From the NCBI GenBank assembly GCA_008632985.1, contig QPGO01000045.1, positions 124,001 to 188,000 of the forward strand: 64,000 bases of DNA, in the 5' to 3' direction. This DNA comes from Psammoneis japonica. Its lineage: Eukaryota. The notes under the pieces were generated by a model, which was not told where the DNA came from, made no database searches, and worked only from the letters and a program-made list of their open reading frames with translations. Each line of letters begins with the position of its first letter. Position 1 is the first letter of the stretch. A program made the position numbers and the translations under genes. Below, in pieces: positions 34,422 through 47,479 of this stretch.

Positions 34422-35356
34422 ATGTTTAACCTCTTTGGGAAGAAGACGAAAGCAGCGTCGACGGTTTCAGCAACGTCGACAACGACACCAACAGATCCCC
34501 AACAAACAATTGTCCAACTCCGGGAAACGATAGCAACCCAGGAAAAAAGGTACGAAATTTTTTTCAATTTCCGTATTCGTTAGACCTGTCGAATAAGCAA
34601 TTTCCCCCATCTCTGTTTAGTCCCGCTTTGGAAGCGTGAACGAATCGCCATGATGTAGTTGTTGCGTTGAAACTGGTTTCTTGCTAATGGTTTGCTTGCA
34701 TTATTTCGTGTCAACAGGGAAGAGCATATCGCAAGGAAGATAGATGGTATGGTGAAAGAAGCTAAGGCGAAGATGGCGAAGGGGGACAAGAAAGGTTAGT
34801 GACGTCGTTCCCGTTGTTTGTCGCGCGACTATTGTTGGAGTAGTTTTGTTTTCGCTGATGATTCTCTTCTGCGGTTGCCGGCGACAGGAGCTTTATTTGC
34901 AATGAAACGAAAGAAGATGTACGAACAGGAGATAGACAAGATTCAAAACGTGAAAATGACGCTTGAGACTCAGGTAATGAACCTAGAATCTGCAGCTCAG
35001 AACGCGGATACTTTCAAAGCTCTCGACCAGGGACAAAGACCATGAAAAAGATACGACAGGATGTTGGAATTGAAAAGGTGGACGATGTTATGGACGAAAT
35101 TAAGGACGAGATGGAGATGGCGAACGAAATTAATGCAGCAATTTCTCAGCCGGTTGATCCTATTCTCGCGGACGAGGATGAGTTGTTGGCTGAACTCAAT
35201 GAATTGGAGGAGCAGGATTTGGAAGCAGAATTGTTGAAACCGACTCCGGCTGCATCAATTTCACTCCCAGATGTTCCAGACGCAAAGTTGCCAGCGCTAA
35301 AGAAGAAAGAGGAAGAGGATTTGAAGCAGTTGGAAGCTGAACTTGCTGGGTTGTAG
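34422..35356 (+). CDS. VPS32: ESCRT-III subunit Snf7/Vps32 (CHMP4), 3 exons, apparent 1-nt frameshift at ~35035
   Basis: Exons 34422-34549, 34718-34794 and 34888-35356; ALFAMKRKKMYE, TLETQ..NLESA, EKVDDVMDEI, DEDELLAEL.ELE; ggacaaagaccatg is one A short of GQKTM. Confidence 0.92.
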
Positions 35357-35460
35357 CTCGAAACTAGCCTCTTCTTGGATTATCTAATAATCTATATTGT
35401 GAAGAGTTGTAGAACCGAGACGAGTAAATCAATCCAATCTTATCCCACACCTCTTTGTCT

Positions 35461-36872
35461 TCATTGTCTATTGCAGTGGCTCTTTCGAGCATAGTTAACA
35501 GACCGTATGATAGCACAAACTGTCAGAGTCGTCCAGTTTTGGTCCCTTCCGGCTATTCTTTCGGTTTCGTTTGACGCAAAGGGCGTCAAAGATTTCGTTG
35601 GGTTGTCACAATCGAGAATGTCATGAGGCACACGTCGCTTTGCAACAAAGTAATACGAACTGCTGGCGTTAATGGTTTCAAACGCATACCGCTGGCAGTA
35701 ATGAAGCAAAGGAGGCGGCTTAAACGGAGGAAGAAAGCAAGATGCGGGGCCATCCCATACAGGGTGTTCGATATCAGCTCCGGCTTCGACAAATGCTTCC
35801 GCCGATGGACCAGAGTCTCCGACTTTCTTTTTCCCGGGCCAACCAACCATACACCCCGTGAACAGTCCATTGTAAAGGTTGTGCTTTAGTCCCAGATGTG
35901 CCGACGCCATCGAGTAGGCAAACATTTCAGCATAAAGCAAGGGGTATTGATCGTAGGTTGGAGGCACAAACTTTGACCACACTGTTGCAAGTGCCAACAC
36001 ATCATGAGAATGAATAACATAGGGCGGCCAGCTGAAAAATGGCGTCGGTTTTCTTCCAAGGTTACTCTGCTACACGGAGAGCCGTCGCCGCAAATGGCAG
36101 AGATGTTAAAATCAAGCCATTGGCCACCGAGACCATACGACGCCCCAGCGGGCACTCCCGGAGACGCTTGCTTGGGAAGCGCGAATCGTGACATGAAAAG
36201 AAAATCGGGATCAATAAGCACTATCGCTTCATTGCGATTTTGTAATTCAGACTCGTGTTCCTCAGCCCAGTGTCGTAGGCCATTAGGCTTGTTGTTGAAG
36301 TGATAGTTGTTTCCATAAGTGCTAGGCTGTACCTTCCCTTGACGATTCAAGAACGTGCGTTTTGCTCTTCCGTCCGCAAAAGGTCCGCCATACACCGACA
36401 TGTTGGAATAATCTGGTGTAAAATGTATATCATGAATCAGCAGATCTTCTTGGGAAGAGGCATGAAAATGCGATTCAAAGACCTTGGTAAGCTGATCTTC
36501 CATTCCGGATTCCGCGCTGTCATTTTTCTCTTGATCACACCCCGAAACGATCCAAGTGTACTTTCCTTCTTGTCCAACAGATCTTGCAGAGTGAATCTGC
36601 GTAAGGACTTGCCACCACTGATACGGGCGGCAACCAGAACTCACTACAAAATGAAAAATTGTTGTGTTTGTCTCATTAGATCCGTCAAAAATACCGCGTG
36701 TTTGCTTTGATGTAGCCTGTTTCGATCCTGAATGAGAACTCTTAATTTTGGTATTTTTTCTGACTTTTTCGGCGCCACTCACTTCATCTTGAACGGGAGA
36801 AAAGAACAATGGTAACAAGCTACATACGAATATAAGACCTATAAGAACAGAGAGCACCACATTGTGTTTCAT
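35461..36872 (-). CDS. HPAT/SRGT1-like glycosyltransferase, copy 1 (one frameshift at ~36025)
   Basis: TM anchor, SSGC.PYQ.WQ, GQ.G.YTWIVSGC, HFTPDYS, NKPNGL.HW, LIDPDF, LYAEMFAYS, LHYCQRY. Confidence 0.85.
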
Positions 36873-37443
36873 CGTCGCCGTCTACTCCAGGCGTCATTGC
36901 GCCGAAGATACAGTAACCCGATCGCGTCGTTAGACTATGATACACTGTATCGTTGTGTGCGCGTTCAGCGTTCAACGCAGCCACACCCGAACATTCGGAC
37001 AAACTCTCTATTGTACTAGAGTAGAGCGAGAGTAGACTACGACAGGCTTCATATGCACTCTATTATAGCTCTCTAGAGTAGACTCTTGTAGATGCATCTT
37101 TTGCAAGGGATATCAAGGATAGGAGAAAAAGAGTTCGGGAGAGAGAGAGCGCGATGGGCTTCCTGCACTCTAGCTAGCTCTAGAGACTCGATCTAATAGA
37201 TCACCTTTTGCATCAAACCCTTAATATATGGTATGGTAGTGCTACGTTGGACTAGATTTTGCAAGGGATATCAAGGATAGGAGAAAAGAGAGTTGTGACA
37301 CCTCAATTACCTGCCGCCAATTGCTGTTACAGAAGAGTTCCTCAATGACGGTTGAGAAAAGCGTCACACCTGAAAGAAATGCGACGTCCAGTGCTGCAAG
37401 TTTTGGGTCAGGTGACATTATTCTGCCTGCAAAGACCCAGTTC

Positions 37444-38930
37444 TCAGTATTCGTCGTGAATACATCGAGGCGCTGCTTTTCTGCAGTGTTCATTGATTCG
37501 AAGTTCATGCATCATTGCACAGTGGCTATTTCGAGCGTAGTTCACGGCCCTCAAAACGGCACAGACCACTAAAGCTGTCCAGTCCTCGTTGCCTCCATAG
37601 ATCCTTTCGTTTTGGTTCGATGATGAGAAAGGAGATAAGAACTTTGTTGGGCTATCGCAGTTGAGAATGTCATGGGCACAAGTCGCTTGGCAACAAAGGA
37701 GTATGAAGCGTTCGTGTCCTCGGGTTTGAAAGCATATCTTGGCAGTAATGCAGCAATGGAGGTGGTTTTAATGGAAGAAGAAAGCAAGAAGATGGTCCAT
37801 CCCATACAGGGTTTTCGGAATCCGCGCCAGCCGCGACAAATGCCTTGGCAGAAGGACCAGCGTCGCCACATTCTCTGCCATCGGGCCATGGAACCATACA
37901 TCCAGCAACAAGTCCTTCGACGAGAGTGTGCCGCAATTCTAGATGCGCTGACGCTATTGAGTATGCAAACATCTCAGCATAGAGCGTCGGGTATTGGTCG
38001 TATGTAGGCGGGACAAACTTGGACCACCAAGCGGCAAGTGCAAGCACGTCATGAGCATGGATTACGTAGGGTGGGCCAGCTGAATAGTGCTGTCTGTGTT
38101 CCTCAACGGTTACATTGGTACATGGGGAGTCCCCCCCACATATTGAAGAGACATTGAGATCCATCCACTCTATGGCATCAAAATTAAGGGCGTGCAGTGC
38201 GCCAACGGGGGATCCAGTGAGGCCATTGCTTCCAAAGGAAGGGAAAAGTGGGCCACGAAAAGAAAGTCGGGGTCAATAAGGACGATCAAATCATTACTTT
38301 TCTGAAGTTCGGCATCGTGTGCCTCGGCCCAGTGTCGAAGACCATTAGGCTTGTTGTTGAAATGGTAGTGATTTCCATAACCGTAATTCAAGATTTCCCC
38401 TTGTGCATTTACGAATGTGCGCTTCGTTTTTCCGTCCGCAAAAGGTCCGCCATACACCGACATGTCGGAATAATCAGGCGTAAAGTGAACATCAGTGATG
38501 AGCATGGCTTCCCTTGAGAACGAAGCAAAATGCGATTCAAAGACCTCGACTAGTTGGTCTTCCATTCTGGAGTCGGTGTCGCTATGTTTCGTTTGATCAC
38601 ACCCCGAAACGATCCAAGTGTACTTTCCTTCTTGCCCAACCGACCTTGCAGAGTGAATCTGAGTGATGATTTGCCAAAACTGATACGGGCTACAACCAGA
38701 GCTCACTAAAAATGAAAAGTTGCTGTGTTTGTCGCGTTCGACCCGTCAAAATAAGATCGATCGCGTGCCATTCCGGAACGAGGAGGATTCTCTTTGGCGT
38801 GTTTTTTGATCTTGTTGGTACCCGCTATTTTATCATGATTGGGAGATAGGAACAACGGTAGAACGCTGCAGAAGAATATTAGACCTATCAGGACCGTTCG
38901 CACCGCATAACCATGAACATTTCGTTCCAT
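37444..38930 (-). pseudogene. HPAT/SRGT1-like glycosyltransferase, copy 2 (several frameshifts; pseudogene or assembly errors)
   Basis: Same motifs split over ORFs 38706..38930, 38170..38706, 37670..38164 and 37569..37901; 3' end approximate. Confidence 0.75.
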
Positions 38931-39458
38931 TTTTCATTGTCGACTGACTCCTTTTCATATTGAGATTCGCGGTCGTTTTCGGGCCAATTGGGCTTCTCGT
39001 CTGCTGCAGCACACGGATGGCGGGTGGACAAAGAGGATCAGTAGGCTGAGCGATAGTCTACTAGTAGGTATACAGTACGAATGAATGAGCGAGCCTTTGA
39101 GAGGATGGTCCTTCTGTACTGTACAGGCTGTAAGCAGGGAGTGCAGTTCAGTTGATAATCTCTCTGCTCTAAGATGTTACTTCTACGGCACCAGAGGCCC
39201 TATCGTGAGAGACGAAATGCTCCACCGGACTAGTTGCTCAAGTTGTGACAACTTAGCGCAAAACTGCTATGTCCCTGTGTCTTGAGGTCTCTACGGTAGC
39301 TAAGTATCCATGACTTGTGGCGGAGAACGCACGGTGTTTCTCTACTGTAGAGACATGGGTAGGAATAACAAAATGAGGAAGTCCCACAGCCAATTTTGTC
39401 TTTGTCTTCGTCTTAGAGATGTTTCGGACTTAGTCCTTTCCACAACCAGCATTCTTGT

Positions 39459-40861
39459 TCACTGACTAGGAGTAGCATTTTCACAGTGCTCCCTTCTTGC
39501 ATAGTTTACAGCCCTCAAGATCGCACACGTTGTCAGAGCTGTCCACTTTTGGTTATCTCCGACAATAACTTCAGAATTATTTGACGCAAAGGGCGTCAGG
39601 AATTTCTTTGGGTTCTCGCATTCGAGAATGGCGTGAGGCACACGCCGTTTTACAACGTAGTAGTACGAACTGCTGGCGTTAGTGGCTTCAAACGCGTAAC
39701 GCTGGCAGTAATGAAGCAAAGGAGGCGGCTTAAACGGAGGAAGAAAGCAGGATGATGGTCCATCCCAAACAGGGTTATCCATATCTGCGCCACCGGTTAC
39801 AAATGCCTCTGCAGACGGGCCAGCGTCTCCAATGTCTTTGCGCAGAGGCCAGGGAACCATGCAGCCAGCCTGCAGCCTTTTAACAAGGTTGTGCCGTAGC
39901 TCCAGGTGAGCCGATGCCATTGAGTATGCAAACATTTCGGCATAGAGAGAGGGATACTGGTCGTAAGTTGGAGGCACAAACTTTGACCACACGGTTGAAA
40001 GTGCTAGGACATCATGAGAGTGCATAACGTAGGGTGGGCCTGCTGAATAGTGCCGTCTGTGTTCCTCAAGGGTTACATTGGTACACGGAGAGTCCTCTCC
40101 ACATATTACTGACACATTGAGATCTACCCACTCTATTCCATCTCCATTGAGGGCATACCAAGCCCCAGCGGGTGTTCCGGGAGAAGCTTTGGCTTCCAGA
40201 GGAAGCGAAAAGCGAGAAACGAAAAGAAAGTCGGGGTCGAGAAGCACAATCAAATCATTGCGATTCGGTAATTCATCTTTGTGCTTCTCAGCCCAATGAC
40301 GGAGACCGTTGGGCTTGTTGTTAAAATGGTAACGATTTCCATAACTGCCACGTTGTATCTTTCCGAGTCGGTTCAGGAAGGTGCGCGTTGCTTTGCCGTC
40401 AGCGAAAGGTCCGCCATACACTGACATGTTGGAATAATCTGGTGTTATGTGCAAATCTGTAACAACCAGATCTTCTTGGGAAGGGGGGTGAAAATGTGAT
40501 TCAAAGACCTTCACTAGTTGGTCTTCCATCTCTCGATCGCACCCGGATACAATCCAAGTGTACTTTCCTTCCTGCCCAACGGACTTTGCTGAGTAGATTT
40601 GCGTCACGACCTGCCACCATTGGTCTCTATTGCATCAGAACTCACTAAAAAATGAAAAATGTCCGAGCTTGTCTTATTCGATCCGACGTAAGCAACGGAG
40701 GCACGAATTGATGTTTCATGTGAAGAAGCTTGACTCGTGGAAGGTTCTCTGCTTCTGTTGCCGCCCGATATCTCATCGTGCTTGGGAATAAGAACCCACG
40801 GTAACAAAGTTGATGAGACAATAAGCCAAAAGAGAAGCGAGAGTACCACTTTCTGTTTCAT
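39459..40861 (-). CDS. HPAT/SRGT1-like glycosyltransferase, copy 3 (frameshift at ~40610-40640)
   Basis: N-terminus in ORF 40604..40861; full catalytic region in 39459..40607 (NKPNGLRHW, DPDF, SAGPPY, YAEMFAY, HYCQRY). Confidence 0.85.
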
Positions 40862-41081
40862 CGGAATTCATTGTCGACTTCCTTCTGCTACTACATAGAG
40901 TAGCTGCCATTCATTGTGTCATGTCATTTTTTGGCGATGGCGATGCATGGATGATGGATGGATGTCGATACCTAGCGACAGGGTTTTCGCACGAGAAGGT
41001 CACACCCGCTTTCGGACAAAGCTTTGCTCAAGGGTCACTCTCTACTGCAGATGTCTGCAATGCAAGCAAGCATCATGATAG

Positions 41082-41304
41082 AGTCTCCCTCACCCTCGAA
41101 ACACATGCAAAGACTATGGTATAGCTGGAGCAAGTTCATGCGGCACCATCAAGAGAGTGCACTGATGTGCTGACTGCACTCGAAAACATTTCACACCGGG
41201 TGTCAGCTGCACACCACCACCAAGCTCTCGCCCTGAACAACCAAACAAGTCAAGGGATTTGCAGATGAACTTCAGCCACCCAGGCTGTTTGCTGCTGTTG
41301 CCAC
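41082..41304 (-). pseudogene. Diverged duplicate of the 3' end and 3' flank of the RPH1-like gene
   Basis: Direct repeat of 63403-63613; encodes SSKQPGWLKFICKSLD versus SSKQPGWLKFIYKSLD in the gene. Confidence 0.85.
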
Positions 41305-44073
41305 GGCAAATGAGCTTGTGGTGGACCCCCACTCCAAGTTCTGAACCTCTGCTCCATTGTTGTCATGCACTTCATCGTCTGCACAAACATGGCAACACAC
41401 GTTGATTTCTTCATTTTCTGTTGTCTCTGGAATTTCCACATCAATGATCTTGCAGCCTGGATCTTCAATGCAACCCCACTCCTTGGGCCAGTTTGGGTGC
41501 TTGGTGAAGTCTTCATGAAACACCTTGATTGATGTTTCAAATTTGAGCTTCTTTTCTCCTTCTTCGTGTGGCAGCCATGTGGTGGCACATGTGGCTTCAT
41601 CCGCTGGCCCCTGTCTTCGGACTCGAGGCATTTTTTCATCCTGGCAGAGTGCTCTTCATTCAAATTAGAGATGTGTTTGTTGTGCTTGTCCACTCAAAGT
41701 GTGCAAGCCAGAGAACTTTAAAAGTGATCACAAGACTGATTTAGAGATCAAAGTGATTTTGAGTTGATCCAAATGACGACAAACTGCACAGAGGACAGTT
41801 GTTGCTCTCACCAACAGAGACATTGCAGCATCGCGCCCCTTGAGTCAGAACTTTCATCTCCTTCCTAAATCCGCCAATGCTGGTGTGCTTTCCACAGCAC
41901 CTCTGGTTGTGTCCCTCCAACCCAGTCACAATTGTGCAGAAACTGCCCTCATTCTTGGCAGTGGCTTCAATCCAAGCCTCGCAATTTCTGCAAAACGCAC
42001 CGCTGCCATTGCAACCATGCCACACAAAAAGATGAGCACATTCTCTCCAACATTGAGCTCCACTTCTCTTGTGAATGTGCAGATGCAGTCAAGAGTTTTG
42101 TCCTCTCCAGAAGAGTGCCTGTTTTTCTCTTCTTGTTGAATCTCCCGTCTGCCAATTCTTTGGGGAGCTCTTGACCAGGGTTTTCTGAAAGGAGCTCCAC
42201 TTGCTTTTTTTTTCATCCATGGCATTTCATTTCCTTTCATGAGTTTTTGCCCTGCTTTCTTCAGATTGACACATTGTGGGAACAGCATGTGGCACACAAT
42301 GGCAAGCAAGCGTCAGTTGAGTTGGAAGAAAATTTTCACATGTCTCTTTGAAAAAAAAAAACAGCAGAGCCAGGAATCATCTTCTTTTTCAACCCATGAC
42401 AATTTCAGAAAGAACTGATCTTGTGATTCTCATTGGGTTGAGTGGGTGAGGCAATGCTTCCATGTCAAAGCCCAAAGACTTGAGTGTTTCATTGGCAACA
42501 TCTCCAATGCTGCAGACACCTGGCATCTTTGGTCCCTTTGTTTCTTCTGGAGCCAGCATCTCCCTGCCCCCTTTCATGCTGTCATGAAGGCAGGTGGTGC
42601 AATGAACTCTGGCTGGCTCCTTTGCTCATCAAGCAAGCAGCACACTCCACAAGGTCATGGCACTGTGGAGCCATGTGCACTGCACCATTTTTGCACTTGC
42701 AAAGCATTCCCCCCGTCCGTGGGCAGCACCAAATCTGGACTTGGGTGCTTTTCTTAAGATCATGGATGGACACGCACCAGGCTCCTTTTTGCACTTTTTG
42801 TGGAAACTCTTGTGGGATCATTTGCTTGTGCTCATCAGACAAAAAGTGGAACACAAGATGGGAGAATTCACTTCTTTGTTGCTGTGGCATGCCGGGGTTT
42901 TTCTTTTCTTGTTGTTTTCCACATCTGCCAGTGGACTCCTGATGTCCCTCTTCTTGATGACAGGTGCAGCGACCATTCAGCCCTCATTCCCCTCAGCTTC
43001 ATCCTCATCTTAAACTTCCAAATCTGAGTGATGCATGAAATGGGCTTGAGCATCAGTGTCAGTCTAAAGCACCACAATGAGAAACACCAAAGACAAACGT
43101 GCGGCTGTGACATGCCATGTCCATTGTTGCCATCATCAGCTTTGCCTTTTTCTTCATCCTCACTCTCCTCAGCTTTGTCCTTGCACTCATCCTCTTCCTC
43201 CCCAGCATCTGAATCTGGACAAAGTGCTGCAAAAGAGAAATTGTTGTCATGAAGTGACAGGATTTGAACAGGATTTAGGTGCGCGCGAAATGTCGTGCGC
43301 TGTTCAGTTTACCGCGCACAGTTTTGTGTGCTTTGGTTCCGCGCGTTCGCGCGCGATGTAGTTTGCTTTCAAGCCACAAGGCTCACAAGAAAACAACGTC
43401 TTGCACGTCTTTCGGCTCCTGTGACGGTCTCTGAGCAGAGACTCATCTGCTGTTCAGACAGCAGCAAGGAGTCATTGTTTGAATTCTTGCCATTTGCCTT
43501 CAATTTCTGTCAGATTGACAGTCTTGCTCATTGTCAACCCATTGAGCAACCGCCATCGTCGTCGTTGATTTACCAACGATGCCACGCTCAATTCTGCCTG
43601 GACCTCCGTGTGTGTTCTATGCACATTGGCAAGTCTGCGTGCATTCAATGCCAGGCATCGGCAGGAAGTTAACGTCACCGTCAAGTCTCCTTGCCGCTGC
43701 ATGTCTGGATTGATTGTGCTGCCTTTTGTCGCTGAAGACATGCACTCAACGGTCACATCCAAGTCTGTCCTTGATCCTCATCCCTTGACATGCCCACTCA
43801 ACGGTTAACGGTCAAGAACCCTGCATGTTCAAGGAACTTCATCGCTGAAGACATGTGTGTGTCTGCATCTTCACGGCCAAGAACTTGCACCCACTCTTTG
43901 GACTGCAGCTTTGCCACCACTCTACAAGCACACCGAGTCCATTGTGCCTGATCTACCCCGGACCACTGGTGCTCTGCAGTTCCACCAGTTCTGCGAGGAC
44001 GACTGTGAGAGCAAGCAGCCATGATTGCAGCCTGCGTTGGGGCGAGGGTGTTTTCCGGTGTTTTCCCACGTTT

Positions 44074-44469
44074 GATGGGTTCCAGTCCCAGGTGGGACTT
44101 TTTGTGACATTGGGCCCGCAGAATTCTACGTGCGAGCTCTGTGGTAAAATTGTCAAGCAATGGACACATGAATGATCGCCAACAGAAAAAGAGACAATTT
44201 TGCGAACGCATCTCCTCCTCCACACTTGAAGCACATTCTTTGCAGCATGCCCGGGTGTGTTCTTCAGACATTGAAGAATGTGCCCAGCGCATTTTTGTTG
44301 ACACAAGTGTGGATGACAGAAAGCCTTTGGCTTCGCAAAACAGGCAGTGTGGAACAATTTTTTGTGACAGAACACGCAGAAATGTGCGCGCGAAACATGC
44401 GACGGATGACAAAAAACAATTGTGCCACAGTTCAGCAGTGCAAGGTCCCACCTGGAGCTGGAACGCGTC
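44074..44469 (+). mobile_element. GACGCG-MITE copy 1 (396 bp, TSD GTTT)
   Basis: TIR gatgggttccagtcccaggtggga / tcccacctggagctggaacgcgtc; gttt on both sides. Confidence 0.88.
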
Positions 44470-45221
44470 GTTTGTTCATTCGTCCACAGCGCCCAATGCC
44501 TGCGTCAACTGGCCAGCCTGATCGGGAAATCCAACCGACACAAAATGAGAACGGTTTGGGGATCTTGTCCACCTCTGGTCAGCTTGCCTGCAGGGGCTCA
44601 CAACCCACTCTGCTCCGCTCGCAAGCAACCCAAAGCACCGCCAGCTGCGGGTTCGGACGTGCCGGCACAACTCTGCGGACCGGATGGGAAGTTTGGCACT
44701 TGACAATGAACGGGACAGCACAACCCGGCGACTTCTGATTTTAAGACAGTTCAAGATTTCAAGCCAAGTCTGTTTCAAGTCAAGTCTGTTCCCACCCAAG
44801 TTTCAAGCCCATCTCCCAACAAGAATCGCTTGTCCTGACACCGCTTTTGTCTGCCATGGTTCTCACTCGTCAGCAACAAACCGATGGTTTTGAGCACATT
44901 GTTGGAACCGCACTTGCCCAAGGTGCTGGAAGCCCTCTTCGTTTGGCTTTGACCCATGACGACACGGACTCGTGCCAAGAACTGTTCACATTCACACCTT
45001 CCCAAATCGACTCACTTGAGTGCCACAATGGCACTGATGTGATCCCATTGCCCCGAGGTCATGAGAACATGTTAGCAGCTCCAGCCAGTCTGCACATTGT
45101 CAAAGCACACGAAGGCCTTGATGTTGCCAATGACTCCTCGTTGTTCACGCATGAGGAGTTCCTTGCCTGCCGCCCCAGTCCCGACTGCATGTCTTCTGTG
45201 TCCGTCGGCAGCTCACCTCTC

Positions 45222-45617
45222 GACACGTTCCAGACGCAGGTGGGAATCCGCGTGACATTGGGCCCGCAGACTTCTGCGTGCGAGCTCCGCAGCAAAATTG
45301 TGCGGCAATTAAAATGTCAATGATCGCCAACAGAAAATGAGGCAATTTTGCGAACGCACAAACTCACACATGATTGAAGCACATCATTTTTTACTTGGCC
45401 AGTTACATTCTTCAGACATTGAAGAATGCAACTGGCGCATCATTGTTTCTATAAATTTGTCATGTGAAACATCTGGGGCTTCGCAAAACAGCGAGTCTGG
45501 ACAATTTTTTTTAAATGTCACACGCAGAAATCTGCGCACGAAACATGCGACGGATGACAAAAATTGTTGTTGTCACATGTCAGCACTGCGAGCTCCCACC
45601 CAGGGCTGGAACGCGTC
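45222..45617 (+). mobile_element. GACGCG-MITE copy 2 (396 bp, TSD TCTC), hypermutated
   Basis: TIR gacacgttccagacgcaggtggga / tcccacccagggctggaacgcgtc; gap-free alignment to the reverse complement of 51889-52284. Confidence 0.93.
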
Positions 45618-45952
45618 TCTCGCACCCCCACATGTCACCAACCCGACCAAGGCACGCGACCCGGTGCAAGACTTCAAGCGCGGCATCAAGCGTGACCCCA
45701 CTGCTTTCACGGCTCTCAAATCCAACAAGCAGTGGCACACTTGGCAAACCTCACTTGTGGCACAAGCCCGTGCCCAAGACGTCGAGTGCATTCTAGACTC
45801 GTCGCACAAACCGACCAGCCCCGAAGACAAACTGCTCTTTGCTGAACAGCAAAAGTGCGTGTTCGCCGTCTTTGAACACATCCTTCTCACCGACAAGGGC
45901 AAGGCTCTCATTTGCGAAAATGCAGGGTCTTCTGATGCCCAGACCGTCTGCC

Positions 45953-46336
45953 GACGCAGTCCAGGTCTGGGTGGGACCTCGTGCTGCTGAACTGTGACAT
46001 CGACAGTTTTTTTGAATCACGTCGCATGTCGTGCACGTAGATTTCTACATGATTTTTTTGATGTTTTGTGTCATTTTACGGTGCACTTGTTGAGCGATCC
46101 GTCCAACAACTTTTGACATTTTTTGTTACAGCGCGATTCTATGATGTCTTGAGAATCGCGCAGGGCAGGTGCATTTGCAAAAACGTCGAGTGGCAAGAGG
46201 CATGATTGTGCCACAAACTTGGCCGTTTGTTTGATGTTGAAGACAAACATGTCCATCAATTAAATTCTCGCACTACGGAGCTCGCACTCTGCGGGCCCAA
46301 TGTCACACGGAGTCCCACCTGGGGCTGGAACGCGTC
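45953..46336 (-). mobile_element. GACGCG-MITE copy 3 (384 bp, TSD TGCC)
   Basis: Same TIR family; tgcc on both sides; interior closest to copy 4. Confidence 0.9.
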
Positions 46337-46479
46337 TGCCGCGCATTGTCCGAGTGCGCGCTTGCCTCCACCTGCGCATCTGTCGAGTCCTCCACCTTGC
46401 TCACGCACCTCACCACCGCACCCCTTGGTGATGGCACTTGGAAAGGTCCGACCCACGGGCTCATCCTTCATTGGCAGGA

Positions 46480-46868
46480 GACGCGTTCCAGGTCCAGGTG
46501 GGACCTCGCACTGCTGAACTGTGACATCGACAGTTTTTTGAATCTCGTCGCATGTCGCGCACGTAGAATTCTACGTGATTTTTTGACATTTTGTGTCATT
46601 TTACGGTACACTCATTGAGCGATCCGTCCAAAAACTTTTGACATTTTTTGTTGCAGCGCGATTCTGTGCTGTCTTAAGAATCGCGCAGGGCAGGTGCAAT
46701 TGCAAAAACGTCGAGTGGTGAGAGGCACAATTGCACCACAAACTTGGCCATTTGTTTGATGTTGAAGACAAATGTGTCCATCAATTAAATTCTTGTGCTG
46801 CGGAGCTCGCACGTAGAATTCTATGGGCCCAATGTCACACGGAGTCCCACCTGGGGCTGGAACGCATC
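46480..46868 (-). mobile_element. GACGCG-MITE copy 4 (389 bp, TSD AGGA)
   Basis: gacgcgttccaggtccaggtggga / tcccacctggggctggaacgcatc; agga on both sides. Confidence 0.92.
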
Positions 46869-47479
46869 AGGATCAGTTGCGCAAGTGCGAGGCACTCATC
46901 CCGGCCAGTGGCCACTTCTCTGAAGGACAGAAGCGCATCATGCTCGAGAATGCCGCACATCCTGTCGAGGAACTCCGCGCCATCAAGAACCAAGCTGATC
47001 AGCATCGCACGCAGAGTGGCAAAAGCCTCACACACGATCAACATTGTGGCTTGCTCCTCTCCACGGCGGCTCAATGCGACAGTGCATTTCAACCCAAGAC
47101 GACACCGAAGTGCAAGTCTTGTGCATCATGACAAGCAGTGCAATGCTGCAACTCATCAAAGCAGACATGCACATTCATTGTTTCTTTGTGCGCATCTGAC
47201 AACATTGCCAACCATTGCTTCACTCAATGGCACTGCTGTCTGTTTGTTGCCGGGCCTTGCCCAGCTGGGAACAAGCCTGTCAGGGTGGGCCCTTCTGTGG
47301 CAAAAACTTGTGCAGTTGCAGCAGAACCTTGGGAGCAACATCCACATGTTGAGCAGCAATTGTGGCTGCATGCCACCATGAGAGAGGAGTGGTGATTGAC
47401 AGAAAAGATTGGCATGAGATCCAGGTTGTGCAGTGTGTGAGCAATGCACATTTCTGCTCATGTCATTTGCCATGCATTT

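Larger units (their letters stand above)
43600..47130 (+). mobile_element. Truncated CoDi-type Copia gag region interrupted by MITEs
   Basis: FKRGIKRDPTAF..KQW..W...AQARAQDV..LLTDKGKAL..DAQ, then GDGTWKG..LHWQ, then DQLR..HFSEGQKRIMLENA..ELRAIKNQAD are collinear once MITE copies 3 and 4 are removed; 5' limit uncertain. Confidence 0.8.

Noticed and set aside
37099..37294. ~35-bp direct repeat ttttgcaagggatatcaaggataggagaaaa
   Set aside because: Real but small; probably a by-product of the local tandem gene duplication, with no further structure.
44074..46868. CRISPR-like array of recurring GACGCGTTCCAG repeats
   Set aside because: The repeats are inverted pairs ~390 bp apart with TSDs, i.e. 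MITE ends; no cas genes; eukaryotic context.
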